Translations under genes and position numbers: made by a program
Part shown: positions 25,326-39,020 of the stretch, piece after piece
Numbering within the stretch: position 1 is the first letter of the stretch
Layout of the letters: each line of letters opens with the position of its first letter
The notes under the pieces: generated by a model
Databases searched by the model: none
Told to the model about the DNA's origin: nothing
What the model saw: the letters and a program-made list of their open reading frames with translations, nothing else
Source: Octopus sinensis
Taxonomy: Eukaryota
Reading direction: 5' to 3'
Assembly: GCF_006345805.1 (NCBI RefSeq)
Contig: NC_043000.1
Span: forward strand, 121,582,001-121,646,000
DNA: 64,000 nucleotides

Positions 25326-26466
25326 CATAAATATTAAACAAGGTGGAAAAAAGAGTACTGTAATACCACAGGTAGAGTAATAGGCTTTATTTGAAAGGAG
25401 CAGAACTATAACAAAAGTTACTTCAAGTAACAGCTTTTGTTATATTTCTGCTTTTAAATAAATTATATATATACATATATAGATATATAGATAGATAGAT
25501 ATTTATATACATGCACACACATATATATACATATATATGAACATACATATGTGTATGTATTCATGCATGTATGTATGTATACGGACGTAAATATGTCCAT
25601 TGTCAACACTTGGGAGTAGCCTGTCATGTGTATAATATTTCTTGTCTTTTGCACTACTTTGCTACGAAAATGCATAACTTTTTCAACAGTAATTATATCT
25701 TTCTATTCTTATTTTTTCATCATTTGAGTTCTATCATTTTATTTTTCATGTCTTTCGCTTTTATTCTTTCACTTACAACGAAAGGTATCAAAAATCTGAA
25801 AGCTTTTATCTGTTGGTGTCAATCTTGCTTGAATTGTTTCCGTTTAAAAATCGTATTGCATCATTCGGCTTTGCTCAAGCATCATGAATCCCATCTTCGT
25901 AAAACTACATAAATAAAAATTATCAAAAGAGGAAAGCGTCTTTAAATTTGAAACTTCCATATACTTTTACAGTTATTGTATCACCTACTAGTTGTATAAA
26001 AGCAAAATCGAATTGTAAGCAAATAAATAAGAATGCCAGAACAGCAAATCGACCGTCAGTTGTGTTTAACTGCGCGCACAACCATTGTGTTGTCTGTTAT
26101 TATAATGCAGGATAAAATGCGCTAGAATTTATCGTATATATATAAATATATATTTATATGTTTATACATGTTTTGTAATGTTTTAAATTCTACTACATTT
26201 ATATCCTGTTGCGTTTCGTAGATATTTAACAATCATGGCCCCATTTTCTAAAGTTTACAACATATTACTTTTATGACATTTACGCAAGATGAAAATTTCC
26301 ATTTAACTTCTAGCTTACAGCTAGCTTATTCTCGCAAATATGCATGTATTGGAATTTCAGATGTTTAGGATATTGCGTAATAAATAATATGGACATGCAT
26401 ACATACGTCCGTACGTACATATATAACTATACATACACAGAGGCACATATATTTTTGCATGAATGC

Positions 26467-26506
<40 letters not shown>

Positions 26507-27204
26507 ATATATATACAAATACATATATATATGTATATATGTATGTATGTATATATATATATATATATATATACAGAGAGAGAGAGACAGAGAGAGAGCA
26601 CTTCTTACTCTCCCTCCACTTTTCACTTCACTGTGTTTCTGTCCTTTTTTCTCGCCCCTCCTTAATTCTTCTCTCCCTCTGCTTCTACTTCTCTCTCTTT
26701 TCTTCCAACGTGACCGCCACTCAGCCCAGCCTGCCTGTCTCTTTCTTGGTGTGAGTCCATGCAACATCGATATTCTTCCCTGTGTTTGTGAAATATTTGT
26801 ATCTCTGCAGTAAGGTTTCATCTCCAGACGCGCCAGTTTAATTCAATTCGTCCTTAGTCGAAAGACACCTATCGTTATGCCCTGTTATTATCTTTATTGT
26901 ATTTTTCATTGTATTTATATTTGTGTAACATTGTCCCTTTTTTCCGTCCTTGTTTCTGTATATATTTGCTGCTTTCTTACAAGGAATCTAATGCTCTTAG
27001 CTTAGTTTTTCCGTACGGGTGGCCAGATTGGAGCAATCTCAAAAATGATCAGCCAAAATTGCGAGCATAATCTGGTGCTTGACTGAGGAAAGAAAACTTC
27101 GAATGACCCGTCCTTGTTTCCTCTGTATCGTCTTTCTGGATATTTCGTTGTCCCTCGTTGTATCACCTAGTTGTCCGGTTGTTTTGCGTTCTTGTCCCAT
27201 TTTG

Positions 27205-27271
<67 letters not shown>

Positions 27272-27291
27272 ATATTATATATATATATATA

Positions 27292-27610
27292 CGTTTGAAT
27301 ATTTGTTGCACAAGATTTTTTATGTGAAGTCATGTGTTGAAACAGATATTGTTATATTTCGGAATGGTCATTTTGCCAGTTTAGCCAATAAAAATGGCTG
27401 ACGGTTAGTAAGGAGAGACACAAATAAGTAAGAAGAAAACAAAGGACCACTGATGCGGTCACAGGAGTGTGACGAAAGAACTCTGGCCGAAATAAGATTA
27501 AGATTAATGTAAAGAATAAATAACACTGAAGCAAAGTAACACCAAATATACAGTGCGTGTGTTTTTATTGGCTAAATAGGAAAAATGACCATTCCGAAAT
27601 ATAATAAAAA
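27292..27610 (+). mobile_element. Small inverted-repeat/hammerhead element, copy 2
   Basis: IRs at about 27347-27394 and 27562-27606. Interior is the reverse complement of 21090-21212 plus an extra ~45 bp. (TA)n at both ends. Confidence 0.8.
27444..27488 (+). ncRNA. Minimal type-I hammerhead ribozyme motif (A9C substitution)
   Basis: GGACCA CUGAUGC G GUCAC aggagu GUGAC GAAAG AA CUC UGGCC. Confidence 0.6.
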
Positions 27611-28439
27611 TATATATATATATACATATATTACATATTTGCATATTTCTTTTGTAGAAAGAGACCTACTGACGATGCTTTTGATTCTAAGCCCGTGGTC
27701 CCCAGATTTGGGCGGGTGGCACTTGGCATTATTTTGCATTGCTTCAATCCGGCCAATGAAAATCGTATGAGCTTTGATTTATCCCTGATATTTATTTCAG
27801 TAGACTGAGGTGTTTTGGATAGCCGAATGCTCATTGAAGGTATCGTTGATTATGGAGTTTCGTGTGGAGAATTGTGGAGAGCATAAAACGCTGGAAAGCA
27901 GATTCGATGATCCTTCTTTGTTAAATGGTTATTGGGATTACTCTGACAGCTCGGACCGATAAACTATATATTTCCATGCTGAGTATATTGAAGTTTAGTG
28001 AGAGACTACAGGAATAAATTTTAGAGGATACGTTATTAGAACAGTAGATGGTAAATTTACTGTAGACAGAGAATTAAGGAATTAAATATTGGTTTTATGA
28101 GATAAAATTTGAGTAATGTTATAGAATATCGTCTGATGTCTGTCAAGTACTAGGTAGTATGGACCATGATATCGTTATTTGTTTTAAGCCCCTACATAGT
28201 TGCGAGCAGATATAATGTCATCCAGCTGACTTGCCTTTTAGCTAGTACAAAATGCAGTATGGAGAATAAAAAACGAAAATGGAAAAAAGAAGACCAAACA
28301 CTGTAGAATGGGAACAGGTAAAACCTTCATATATTTCAGGTATACTGGCCCATCACCATAAGCATATGTTTAAGAAATGTGAGCCTATGGGGATCTTTCC
28401 ATTCGTATAGCCGAAAGATCTTTAGTTGTATATGTGATG

Positions 28440-28770
28440 CTGCTGGCCATTGCGGCGGCGATGTTGGGGGTGATTGGTAAACCCAAGTTCGAAGACTATT
28501 GATATTTGGGTTACGCCGATGGATGAGCAAGGATTCGTTGACAGAAATATATTCTATATTCCTCTCCGTCGTCAGTATCTATCTCGCTGTTGCATTTAAG
28601 TGTGTGCTTGCGGAAGACAGAGGCGTTTGCAGTCAAGTGCTCCTTCAGTCGGATGTGGGATGTTCAGATCGCACTAAAAACGTAGTAGTCATCGAATTTG
28701 TTTAAGAAAATGTACTAAATAAACGACGTATGTTTGCATACACTTGCTCGTATCGCGGAGAGGATATCGG
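28440..28770 (-). mobile_element. Penelope-like element GIY-YIG endonuclease remnant
   Basis: CMQTYVVYLV..DDYYV..HIRLKEHLTANASVFRKH..ESLLIHRRNPNINS (VVY/YV, R..EH, E..LI..P.IN pattern). Probable continuation at 29213-29400 beyond the SINE. Confidence 0.55.
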
Positions 28771-28793
28771 GGGTGTGGTATATGGTAAGAGAA

Positions 28794-29198
28794 GGCGGCG
28801 AGCTGGCAGAAACGTTAGCACACTTGGCGAAATGCGTAACTGTATTTCGTCTGGCGCTACGTACTGATTTCAAATTCCACCTTAGCCTTTCATCCTTCCG
28901 GGGTCGATAAATTACGTATCAATTACGCACTGGAGTCGATATAATCGACTTATTCCGTTTGTCTATCCTTGTTTGTCCTCTCTGTGTTTAGCCCCTAGTG
29001 GGTAGTAAAGAAATATGTATTTAATCTGCCGCTACATTCTGAGTTCAAATTCCGCCGAGGTGGACTTTGCCTTTCATTCTTTCGGGGTCGATTAAATAAG
29101 TACCAGTTACGCACTGGGGTCGATATAATCGACTAATCTGTCTGCCTGTCCTTTTTGTCCCCCTGTGTTTAGCCCCTTGTGGAAATTAAAGAAATAGA
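28794..29198 (+). mobile_element. tRNA-derived SINE, head plus two units, with 14-bp TSD
   Basis: GGCGGCGAGCTGGCAGAAACGTTAGCAC head; B-box GAGTTCAAATTCC. TATATGGTAAGAGA at 28779-28792 and 29199-29212. Confidence 0.9.
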
Positions 29199-29936
29199 TA
29201 TATGGTAAGAGAGAAAGCTGAAATATGTTTGTCAGTTAAGTAAACTGACAGCGGGACATGAAGAGTTTGTTCAGCTTCACAAAGTACCACTCTTGAGCAC
29301 GTTAAGCTTAGTGAAAAAGTACGGCATCATTGAATATTTTGAGTCTTCGTATCCAGATCATGAAGATTCGCCCACATTTCATTCTCAATAAATCGATCGT
29401 GACTTCTTTGGTTCAAACGCTCAACAGATCAGAGCCATTTTTATCTACACTTTTATAACATATTCTTATTATCATTACCTTTTTACCATTAAATTTGTCT
29501 TATGGTACTTTAATTATGATGTAAAATAAGGATATTTTCCTACTTATCCATGTTTCCAATTACCATTTCTGGCCTGTGTCAGTCACTTTAATACGTCCCC
29601 TTCAGCCCCTTTCTGTGTAAACATGCTCACTCTTCCCTGAATAGTAGACCTATCCTTTCGATGTATCCTTCTCCCACTGTCTTATTACTATATTCTCTTT
29701 GTGTCTGCTCTTTCCTCTCCCATTTTTTTCTTTAATAATTTTCTCTCAGGTTATTCTAGACATAAGTGTCTCACTTGTTTTATGACCCTGTACATAATAC
29801 ACAATTTTATTAATGTTTCGTTTCCTCCACCAGACAACTGTCTGAGTATATAGACTAATTAATAAATCCAAACTTGCGTATTTCATTACACCATTAGACG
29901 CAATTTTATCTGTACTCTGTATATATATACATATAC

Positions 29937-30129
29937 ATAGGGAGAATTTACGAAGAAAAACAAAAGACGAAGACAGGTGGTGTACAAAACAAACAGATGT
30001 ATTAGTATAACGCTCAGGAATGGAAAAATTCTTTTACGTTTCAAGTCTACGCTCTTCTATAGAAAGGGAGACATAAAAAAAAACAAGGAAAGAAAAAATG
30101 TGTGTAGTGCCTAACGATCTATCATGGCG
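29937..30129 (-). mobile_element. ~190-bp hammerhead-variant element (family P), copy 1
   Basis: Colinear with 42654-42850, 48915-49075 and 53278-53468. Motif at 30031-30066 is degenerate (CUAUAGA A GAGC GUAG ACUU GAAAC GUA). Confidence 0.75.
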
Positions 30130-30260
<131 letters not shown>

Positions 30261-30500
30261 GGAGGTAGCTACACAATCACATGTATATACATAGTTGTAT
30301 ACGCATATATAATTATATACACGTATATATAGATATTTATATAATATATACAGTACTTTAAATGCGAGCAACTAATGTTATTCTGTTCAAGTGCCTACTT
30401 GTCCACGTGCTTTCATTTATATTAGTTTGCATGTATGTATACACACATATACACGCATGCACACACACATACACAAACACACACACACACACACACACAC

Positions 30501-30537
<37 letters not shown>

Positions 30538-31387
30538 CGTGTGCTTGTCAGTCTGTCTGTCTATGTACATGTGAGTGTGTGTTTGTGTATGTGTTTATAT
30601 AGATATGCATATAGTCATACTTTTATGCAACGGCGAGAACAATATTAGATTTTCATTAATCGAAAAGCCGCTTCATATGAATTATATCTTGTATTTGACG
30701 AATTCCTGTAAAGGAAACAAGGCAGAAATATAGACACAAGCATAAGTTTTTTTTATTTTTCTTTTATCTTCATATCTACAAAGGTTTCTTTCATAATTAG
30801 TTAAAACGGTGGAATACTGAAAAACAATCTACTAAAGGTAAGTAAAGCAGGAACGTTCTGCTCCTGAAATAAATGCGATTCACGGAGTGGTTGGATTGTC
30901 ATGTATTATGGTCTGAGTCTGCTTAAACCTTGTTGCATTTAAAAAATAACTAAGAAGATCGTGAGAATCAATTTTTATCATGATATGAGAATTCTGCACT
31001 TGTTTAAGGCGATAACTGGATCATATAATTTGCACGGCTCTAAGGAAAGCTCATTATTTCAGAAGCAAACACTAGTCTAGATAAACCGACTGTTTTGATT
31101 CATCGTGAATAGCATTCGTTGTGGACCACTAATTCGAGTTTCCAGAAGAATTCGAAGAATTCAAAGACAAAATAAATTGTGTTGGCGGAGAGACGTATTT
31201 TTTCCAAACAGCCTTGATAGATGTACTTCATACCACTAATGATCATAAGGCAAACGTGGCATTAAAGCTGCGCATTTGATAAAGCATTTTTGCTTTGGTG
31301 AGGTAATTAACTATAAATGCATATTTATTCTGTTATATTTTTCTGTCTTGAGATTTGTGACAAGATGGGCCATACGTACATACATAC

Positions 31388-31388
31388 A

Positions 31389-31485
<97 letters not shown>

Positions 31486-31508
31486 GTCTATCTATCGATC
31501 TATCTATC
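31388..31508. repeat. (TATC)n tetranucleotide repeat
   Basis: Directly visible. Confidence 0.97.
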
Positions 31509-32561
31509 AAAATAAGCAACAGAATATCAAGAGGTGACACAGTACGACCGTTTCAAGCGGCTCCATTGAACTGAACAATGCAATCATTACATCAATTTAA
31601 ATCCATTTCTATCTTCAGCTGCATAATAGAAATTTTAATCAGGTAGATATTTTAATATAATTTTACTTAAATTCTCTAATACAGCAAGCTATATCTCTGT
31701 CTATCTATCTATCTCTCTATCTCTACACGCACACACAAACAGACAACACATCTTTTCGCTTTTGGTTACTTTGTTAAGGGATATAGTCAAGCGCTTGTTA
31801 ACATTTTTTCAATAGCTTCGGTTGCGTTTTGCTTTTGATAATTTCGTTCATTGTTTTATCTCCAGTGAGAATGGGTAAATTGTGTATGATGATGTTGAAT
31901 GATTTATTGTTTCTCGGGTTATGTGTAGTGCTGCATGGGAGTAATTTTAAATGTAATGTGGGATTTCGGTTAACTTCGTTTAATATTTGTATGTATATTT
32001 CCTTTGCTCGTTTAATCCTATTATTTATTTATGATGTTGTGTAATGTCTCCTGATTAGTGCTGCTTTAAATTCACGGAGTCTTATTTCACAGGTATTGGT
32101 ACCCGAAACTATAGTACAAATTTTTTTCGCTAGATTATAAGTTGGTATGGCAGGATGAAAACATTGCTTAGATTAGTGAAGAACACCAGTTAATCTTGTG
32201 TGGTAGGGTCCAGGTTTATGGCTCAATACAGTTCTATAATGTAAATCCAGGGATGAGCTCAAAGAAACTGGTTTTACACAGGGTGATACATAAGAAGCAG
32301 GTTTAAAATAATGATTATTACATATTTTTTCTTTGCTGGAGAAAATTTGGCTTACAACTGTTCAGAGGCATTTCTAACAAGAAATGGTTCTGATGAAAGT
32401 AACATTAATTTTATTATGCCCTTCAATGTTCCTAAATTGATCAATAGACCACTTGAGTAAACCTATCAGTAATGTACCTTTACGGACTATTGGAAACGGC
32501 TGTAAGCCAAATTTGCTCCAATGAAGGAAAAATATGTAATGTCCATTATTTTAACTTCTTA

Positions 32562-32621
<60 letters not shown>

Positions 32622-33454
32622 TACAAACATATGTCTGTGTGTGTGTGTGTGTTAAAACATACATATATTTATTCCCTCGCATATAAAATGTTATCGTCAT
32701 TGCCGTCGTCTCTGTATACTCTAGTTTTTAAAATGCCGAAACGTGCGTATATCGTGTGATTTCGAATAACACTCTTTTTCATGATGAATAGCCTTTCACA
32801 CTACACACACTTTGAGTTCTAAACGTAAATTGTCTTCTGTACACTGTAGGACACACGCACTTACATTCATGACACATATGTAAAATTACTGAGTGCACGA
32901 TTTATATGACATCTCTTCACTAAGTCTTTATGCAACTATTTCCCTATTTTATTGTTGTTATCTTATTGGTATACAGAATAAAAGTGTTAATCAGAGTATT
33001 ATTTGTCACCTTGTTTCCGTATTCTTTTTATTTTCTACTCTGGCACGCTTCGTCATCGAAATTACTGCAGAATAATCCGCGTGATATCAAACATATCAGT
33101 TCAAATCAAGTTGTACTTTATTTTAAAATCATTTATTTATTTACTACCTTATTTATTTATTCTGTAATTCATGCTTGTGTAATTTCAGTGCACTTGTAAC
33201 TAAGCTTATGAAAGGATATAAAAATGTCATCGAGTTGTTCACAGAATATACGCCCTTGATAATGTCAATCACACTACATCTCTTTTGTTTAACAATTTAA
33301 CATATTTATAGTGAAAACAGAAGCGAAGAGCAGAAAACTACAAAATCAGATATAAGAAAATCTAAGTGAACTTCGAATACATGCAAATATATGTCTTGAA
33401 CAGATAGCTCAATAATGGCTGTCATTACAGAAACACATTACAGAAACACACACG

Positions 33455-33491
<37 letters not shown>

Positions 33492-33789
33492 ACACACACA
33501 CACACACACACTATCGCTCTCTCTCTCCCTCTCTCTCTCTCTCACGCACAAGCATACATATGCAAACAAATACACAAACTCACATATGCAAAGAAACTAA
33601 AAAATGAAAGTCGTTTTAAGAATTGAAGTCAATATTATGTCGATGTCACGTTCACAAAAACGTAGGTATATATTTGTAACTGATTTACTTAGTTAATGCA
33701 CTTACGAAATTTTGCACACACATATACACATACACACACACTCACATATATGTATGTCTGTATATATATATGCTTAAATGTATACGTCT

Positions 33790-33825
33790 ATATTATCTAT
33801 CTATCTATCTATCTATCTATATATA

Positions 33826-33858
<33 letters not shown>

Positions 33859-33905
33859 CGATTATATCTACATATACATATACACATATGTATGTATATA
33901 TATAT

Positions 33906-33938
<33 letters not shown>

Positions 33939-33950
33939 GTAGATATATAC

Positions 33951-34047
<97 letters not shown>

Positions 34048-34050
34048 TAT
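33790..34050. repeat. (TATC)n-(TA)n-(GATA)n microsatellite block
   Basis: Directly visible. Confidence 0.95.
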
Positions 34051-34147
34051 ATTTGTCAATATCTCTTAAATTAACTATCTCACTCTCTTCTAAACTCTCG
34101 TCCTCAAAATTTATGTATAACTATCAGTATTATTTATTGTCAAGCCA

Positions 34148-34347
34148 AAGGCGGCAACCTGGCAGATTCATTTGCACACAGGGTAAAATGCTTATTTCGT
34201 TTCTCGCTACGTTCTGAGTTCAATTTCCGCTTAGGTTGACTTTACCTTTCAGGCTCGATAAATTAAGTACCAGTTAAGTTCTGGAGTCAATGTAATCGAC
34301 TTACACCAACATTTCAGGCCTTATCACTTCAGTAGAAAGGATTAATT
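34148..34347 (+). mobile_element. tRNA-derived SINE (alternative tail subfamily)
   Basis: AGGCGGCAACCTGGCAG head, CTGAGTTCAATTTCC B-box, tail TTTCAGGCCTT..GTAGAAAGGATTA. Flanked by TTATTGTCA on both sides. Confidence 0.7.
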
Positions 34348-34569
34348 ATTGTCAGTCTAATAATTCTCTGACCATTTCATTTCAATTTTTCTCTTTATAT
34401 TTATCCACGATGATTGATAAATGAAATTTAACTTCCTGAATGGCACGGCTAAGAAGCTCTTTGCTTTTCAAGATGTAGTGTATTCTTTTTAGTCAAATTA
34501 ATACTTAATATACATGCGGAATAGCATTTAATCCGCTTCTAAAATATAGTAGTCTGTGAAGAGTGTTCT

Positions 34570-34720
34570 AGCGATGGCAGGTTCCAAAATTATGGCATAT
34601 TTCGCATCCGTCGCCAGATTGTTGCGTCGCGGACAATATTCACCAAATCTAACCCTTTTGACTACATCATATTTGAAGTATTACAATCATGTACGCAAAT
34701 TCAAAAGTACTTTGACTTGC
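34570..34720 (+). mobile_element. Tc1/mariner transposase C-terminal scrap
   Basis: QYSPNL/NPFDYIIFEVL across a frameshift (SPDLNP.D motif). Confidence 0.4.
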
Positions 34721-35105
34721 TCTAGTCCATAACGATTACTACTCTGGACAATATATTAGTGTAATACTCAAACTACAAGCCCAGTGCTAGAAGCTAGCAG
34801 CCCTCCTAAAGCCTTGGGTCTTTAGTTCTGTACAGGGGAATCTACTGACAAATGTCACCATGCAAATATGCTTTACCGCTTTTGTTTCGTGGTTCGGTGC
34901 CTTGATCTCAGCCCATCGGCTAGTATTGTCGCTGATCAAAATTGTTTTTTTTTGTTTTTTTTTCAAATAGAAGACTAGCACTAAACTATGCAGGCAGATG
35001 TGCCCCACACCACACCAAGGAGGTCATCCGAAGATAAGACAACTGTCGATAAAATATAGCAGCTATGACATCACAGGCGTTGCCATTCGAAAGTATTAAA
35101 CATTT

Positions 35106-35431
35106 TTATTTCTTTATTGCCCACAAGGCGCTAAACATAGAGGATAAAGACAAAGTCGACCTCGGCGGAATGTGAACGTAGCGGCAGATGAAATACCTAT
35201 TTCTTTACTACCCACAAGGGGCTAAACACAGAGAGGACATACAAGGGCAGACAAACGGATTAAGTCGATTATATCGACCCCCAGTGCGTAACTGGTACTT
35301 TAATTTATCTACCGCATAAAGGATGAAAGGCAAAGTCGACCTCGGCGGAATTTGAAGTCAGAACGTAACGGCAGACGAAATACCGCTAAGCATTTCACCC
35401 GGCGTGCTAACGTTTCTGCCAGTTCGCCGCC
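35106..35431 (-). mobile_element. tRNA-derived SINE, head plus full unit plus internally deleted unit
   Basis: Same subfamily as 14349 and 39021. 17-bp direct repeat GAAAGTATTAAACATTT at 35089-35105 and 35460-35476. Confidence 0.88.
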
Positions 35432-35769
35432 TTAAACAGCTCACTTTGTGGAGCTGTTAGAAAGTATTAAACATTTCTAACAGCTCCACAAAGGGACTTC
35501 TTTAACTTTCCAACAATTCTGTTTTTCCAAAGGCGTGTACTGCTATTTACAAAATTTATGCATCTTGAAAAGACGAAAGGTAAATGAGACATCAGTAGAG
35601 CTTGAACTGAGGGTGCAGAGAGCCAGAACAAGTACTACAAAAAGAGACATTTACCTCATACATATTCTAGCATACATTTGGTCTCTTACACAAACTGTAT
35701 TTTAGTGTCACTTGAAATACGCACCAACATTTTTAATATATATTTCATTTCCTCACCTTCTTTCCTGAC

Positions 35770-35985
35770 CACGGCAAACTGGCAGAATTGCCAGTCCGCT
35801 GGCCAAAATACTTAGTGGCATATCGTCCGTCTTTACATTTTGAGTTCAAATTCCACTGAGGTCGACTTTGGCTTTCATCCTATCAGAATCGATAAACTTA
35901 GTATCAATTGAACATATGGGTCGATATAATCAACATAACACATAGAGAAGTTTCTGGTCTTGTGCCAAAATTTGAAACCAATAAT
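35770..35985 (+). mobile_element. tRNA-derived SINE (older subfamily)
   Basis: GGCAAACTGGCAGAA..GAGTTCAAATTCCACTGAGGTCGACTTTG..tail CTTGTGCCAAAATTTGAAACCAATA. Confidence 0.7.
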
Positions 35986-36659
35986 ATATTGAACTTTCTA
36001 TATCTCTGTCCAGAAATTCCTCTCTCCCTCAAAACCTGAGAATATCTCATTTAATGACTCTCTTTTACTATACTATGATTCTGAAATTTTAAAAATACAG
36101 TCACCATTTTACGTCCCCATTCCTCCTTTCAACTCTGTCTTCGACATTCTTATGAGTGCTGCTTCATTATATGTTGCCTTGTACGCATTTAATATATATA
36201 TTTTCAAATCCATACACACACATATATACACAGTGACATACGCCCATATGTTTATGTTTGTGTGTTCGAGTATGAATATGAAGGTAAACACGCCATACGC
36301 AAATACGTATGTGTAGGTGTGTCACTTGTATGTGACACAGTGTGGATAAATTACTTTAGCCAAATGGTATGTGCATATGATTTGAGTAAAAACTGTCAAC
36401 AATCAGTTGTAGCTCACTTATTTCGACTGTGAAATATATCGATTTGGCTGTCTATTCATTACATATTGGCATCACACCAGTAGATGTTCCATCTGCACTG
36501 GTACCGACATACATTCATTAATATACGACATCTACAAACATCCATGCAACGTATATATACAATGCAATAGACCACGCACTCACAAATACACGCGCGCGTA
36601 TATACGTGTAGCTCTCTCTCTCTATATATAATATATATATATATATATTATATATATAT

Positions 36660-36706
<47 letters not shown>

Positions 36707-37114
36707 TCTATTACTCTTTTACTCATTTACTTGTTTCAGGCTTTTGACTGCGGCCATGCTGGAACAGCGCCTTTAGTCGAGCAAATCAGCCCCAGAGCTT
36801 ATTCTTTGTAAGCCTAGGACTTATTTTATCGATCGCTTTTGCCGAACCGCTAAGTTACGGCGACGTAAACAACAGCATCGGTTGTCAAGCGATGCAGGGT
36901 TGGGGGGGGAATAAACAGAGACACACAAACACACACATAGATATGTATAAATGGCCGGCTTCTTTCAGTTTCCGTCTACCAAGTCCACTCACACGGCTTT
37001 GGTCGGCCAAAGGCTATAGTAGCGAACACTTGCCCAAGGTGCTACGCAGTGGGGCTTAACCCAGAACCATATGGTCGGTAAGCAAGCTACTGACCACACA
37101 GCCACTCCTGCGCC
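36707..37114 (-). mobile_element. Full-length tRNA/CORE-type SINE
   Basis: Head GGCGCAGGAGTGGCTGTGTGGT.., CORE-like CACCTTGGGCAAGTGT, TG spacer, 3' part ..CGACTAAAGGCGCTG..TGAAACAAGTAAATGAGTAAAAGAG. Confidence 0.85.
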
Positions 37115-39020
37115 TATATTTATATATAATCTTTTACCTGTTCCAGTTATTTGGGTGTGGCCAACCTGGAGATCGCTTTGGGGAATTTTAATCGAATGAA
37201 TGAACAATGGTTCTTATTCTGTTGGCGTCTTTTACCAAACCACTCAATTAACCAAATCGACTCATAAGTTTCAGGCCGGCCCAATGCTATCACAGATGTG
37301 ATATCCAAAGTTCCACAGAGTGGGGCTGAACACGTATATATAAATATGTAACTCTGTGTGAGTATGTGTATATATGTATATACCCATATATTTATATATG
37401 TATGCCCGTATATGTCATTTTCCTCAACAGATTAGAAATGACATGTGTGCGTATGAATGTATGTATGGATGTTCATATATAATGATAAGTAAGTACAGGA
37501 AAGATATAATATATTCAAACCACTGAATGAAATATTTTGTAATGTTTTCGATTTTGCCTCTCCAATCACGAACGCTTTGTAGCAGTCAGAAATTTATTGA
37601 ATCTCATAAACACATTTTGCCTCCATCACTGGCACTTGAAATTAACTTGCGTAAGGATTTTACCATTTATACACCCTGAAGTGAAGAAGACTTTTTCTCT
37701 TGAAATAGCTTAAATACTATTAACCCAATTATGGTGAATTTTCTTCATGAATGTTTTATGAAATATGCTTGAATTGCCGAAACGAGAAACAAAAACCAAA
37801 TTGAAAATTGAGTTTAGGAATTTTGCTTTTAGAGTTATTATAAGGATAAATACTTGCCATTATAACGAAAGTAATTATTTTCTGGAAAGCAATTAAGATA
37901 TCAATTGATCTGCTTTAGAGCAATAATATAAGGAGATAAAAGAACAGATACATGTGAGAGAATCTTTAAAATATAATCAATCTACATACGGAAAATGGTT
38001 CAAAATTCATTGCAAATCCACAACACATATGATCGTGATTTTTACAGTAAGATTGTTTTACACGTAGTTGGCACGTGGTGCCTTCGTCAGCGGAATTCGC
38101 CAAAAGTAATATATTATGATTTTAATCTATATATGCACCGATGATATAGAAATCAGTGTATGGTAACCATTGAAATATCACTAACATAGAAAAAAAATAA
38201 TTAATGACGAGAATATTTTGTACAAGATAATTAAGAGAAGCTCATTCCTATGACAGCCGTTTAAAAATCACGATGAATATAATGAGTAGAATATTGGTAT
38301 ACAAACAAATAGATAAAGCGAATAGATAAAATATATACGTAAATAGCTGTTATACACAAAGAAAGCTGTTAAGTCTTTATCTATGCCTCCTTCAGCAGAG
38401 AGAGGGAGATAGGGGAATGGGAATGGAATGAGAAGGATGAGAGGACATAGATAGAGGGAAGGTGAGAGTGGGTACAGGGGAGACGAAAAGAAAGAAAGAA
38501 AGAAAGAAAGGGTGGGTAAGAGAGTGTGAGCTTAGTTTTTTTACATTTTGGCATGAAATTTGTACTCTAATACAAAGCCTGTCTAAAAAACGTATCTATA
38601 TGATTTCCGTTATATCTAACAACCTATATGCACTGTCTCTTTGACACTCACACTCACTACCACGCATATGCATGTTTATGGGAGTGTTAAACCTGAAAAA
38701 TACAGTTTTAAGCTCTTCAACGGATAATAAAGGCTATCGAATTCAACTATAAATCGGGGACAGGATTTTACAGAACATATAACCAAAAATACATAATATG
38801 CGTATAGTAAATATTATTAGGAACCTGATTGGTGTGAGCAAATTATTTTTATCACATCAATTTCGAATTGTTTCACCATCATTCGTACACAAGTGTATTG
38901 GTACGAAAGTATAGACACACAGCGTATTATTATATCGATAGAATCGAAAGCCACCTTATCAGGAGCCTGTTTATACTGTCATGAATTTATACCTACGACC
39001 AGTAGGTGAGTTTATATACA

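Noticed and set aside
25777-25904. Minus-strand segment bounded by a good acceptor (TTTATGTAG) and donor (GTAAGT)
   Set aside because: It has stops in all three frames. A non-coding exon cannot be excluded but is unsupported.
26815-27120. CTGAGGA..CGAATGACCCGTC at about 27080 and an inverted partial counterpart near 26815-26870
   Set aside because: The core is non-canonical (GAAU) and stem I does not pair. It may be a decayed Penelope-type end but cannot be supported.
27800-28200. Possible CR1-type endonuclease scrap (LGSMDHDIV)
   Set aside because: Only a single short motif, with no continuous frame.
28385-28501. Plus-strand hydrophobic peptide (VMLLAIAAAMLGVIGK)
   Set aside because: It is short, bounded by stops, and overlaps the antisense of the Penelope relic.
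32050-32460. Possible CR1/L2 RT C-terminal scrap on the minus strand (similarly 45330-45620, and an RTE-like scrap at 16370-16620)
   Set aside because: The resemblance rests on a few residues across frameshifts and needs a profile search.
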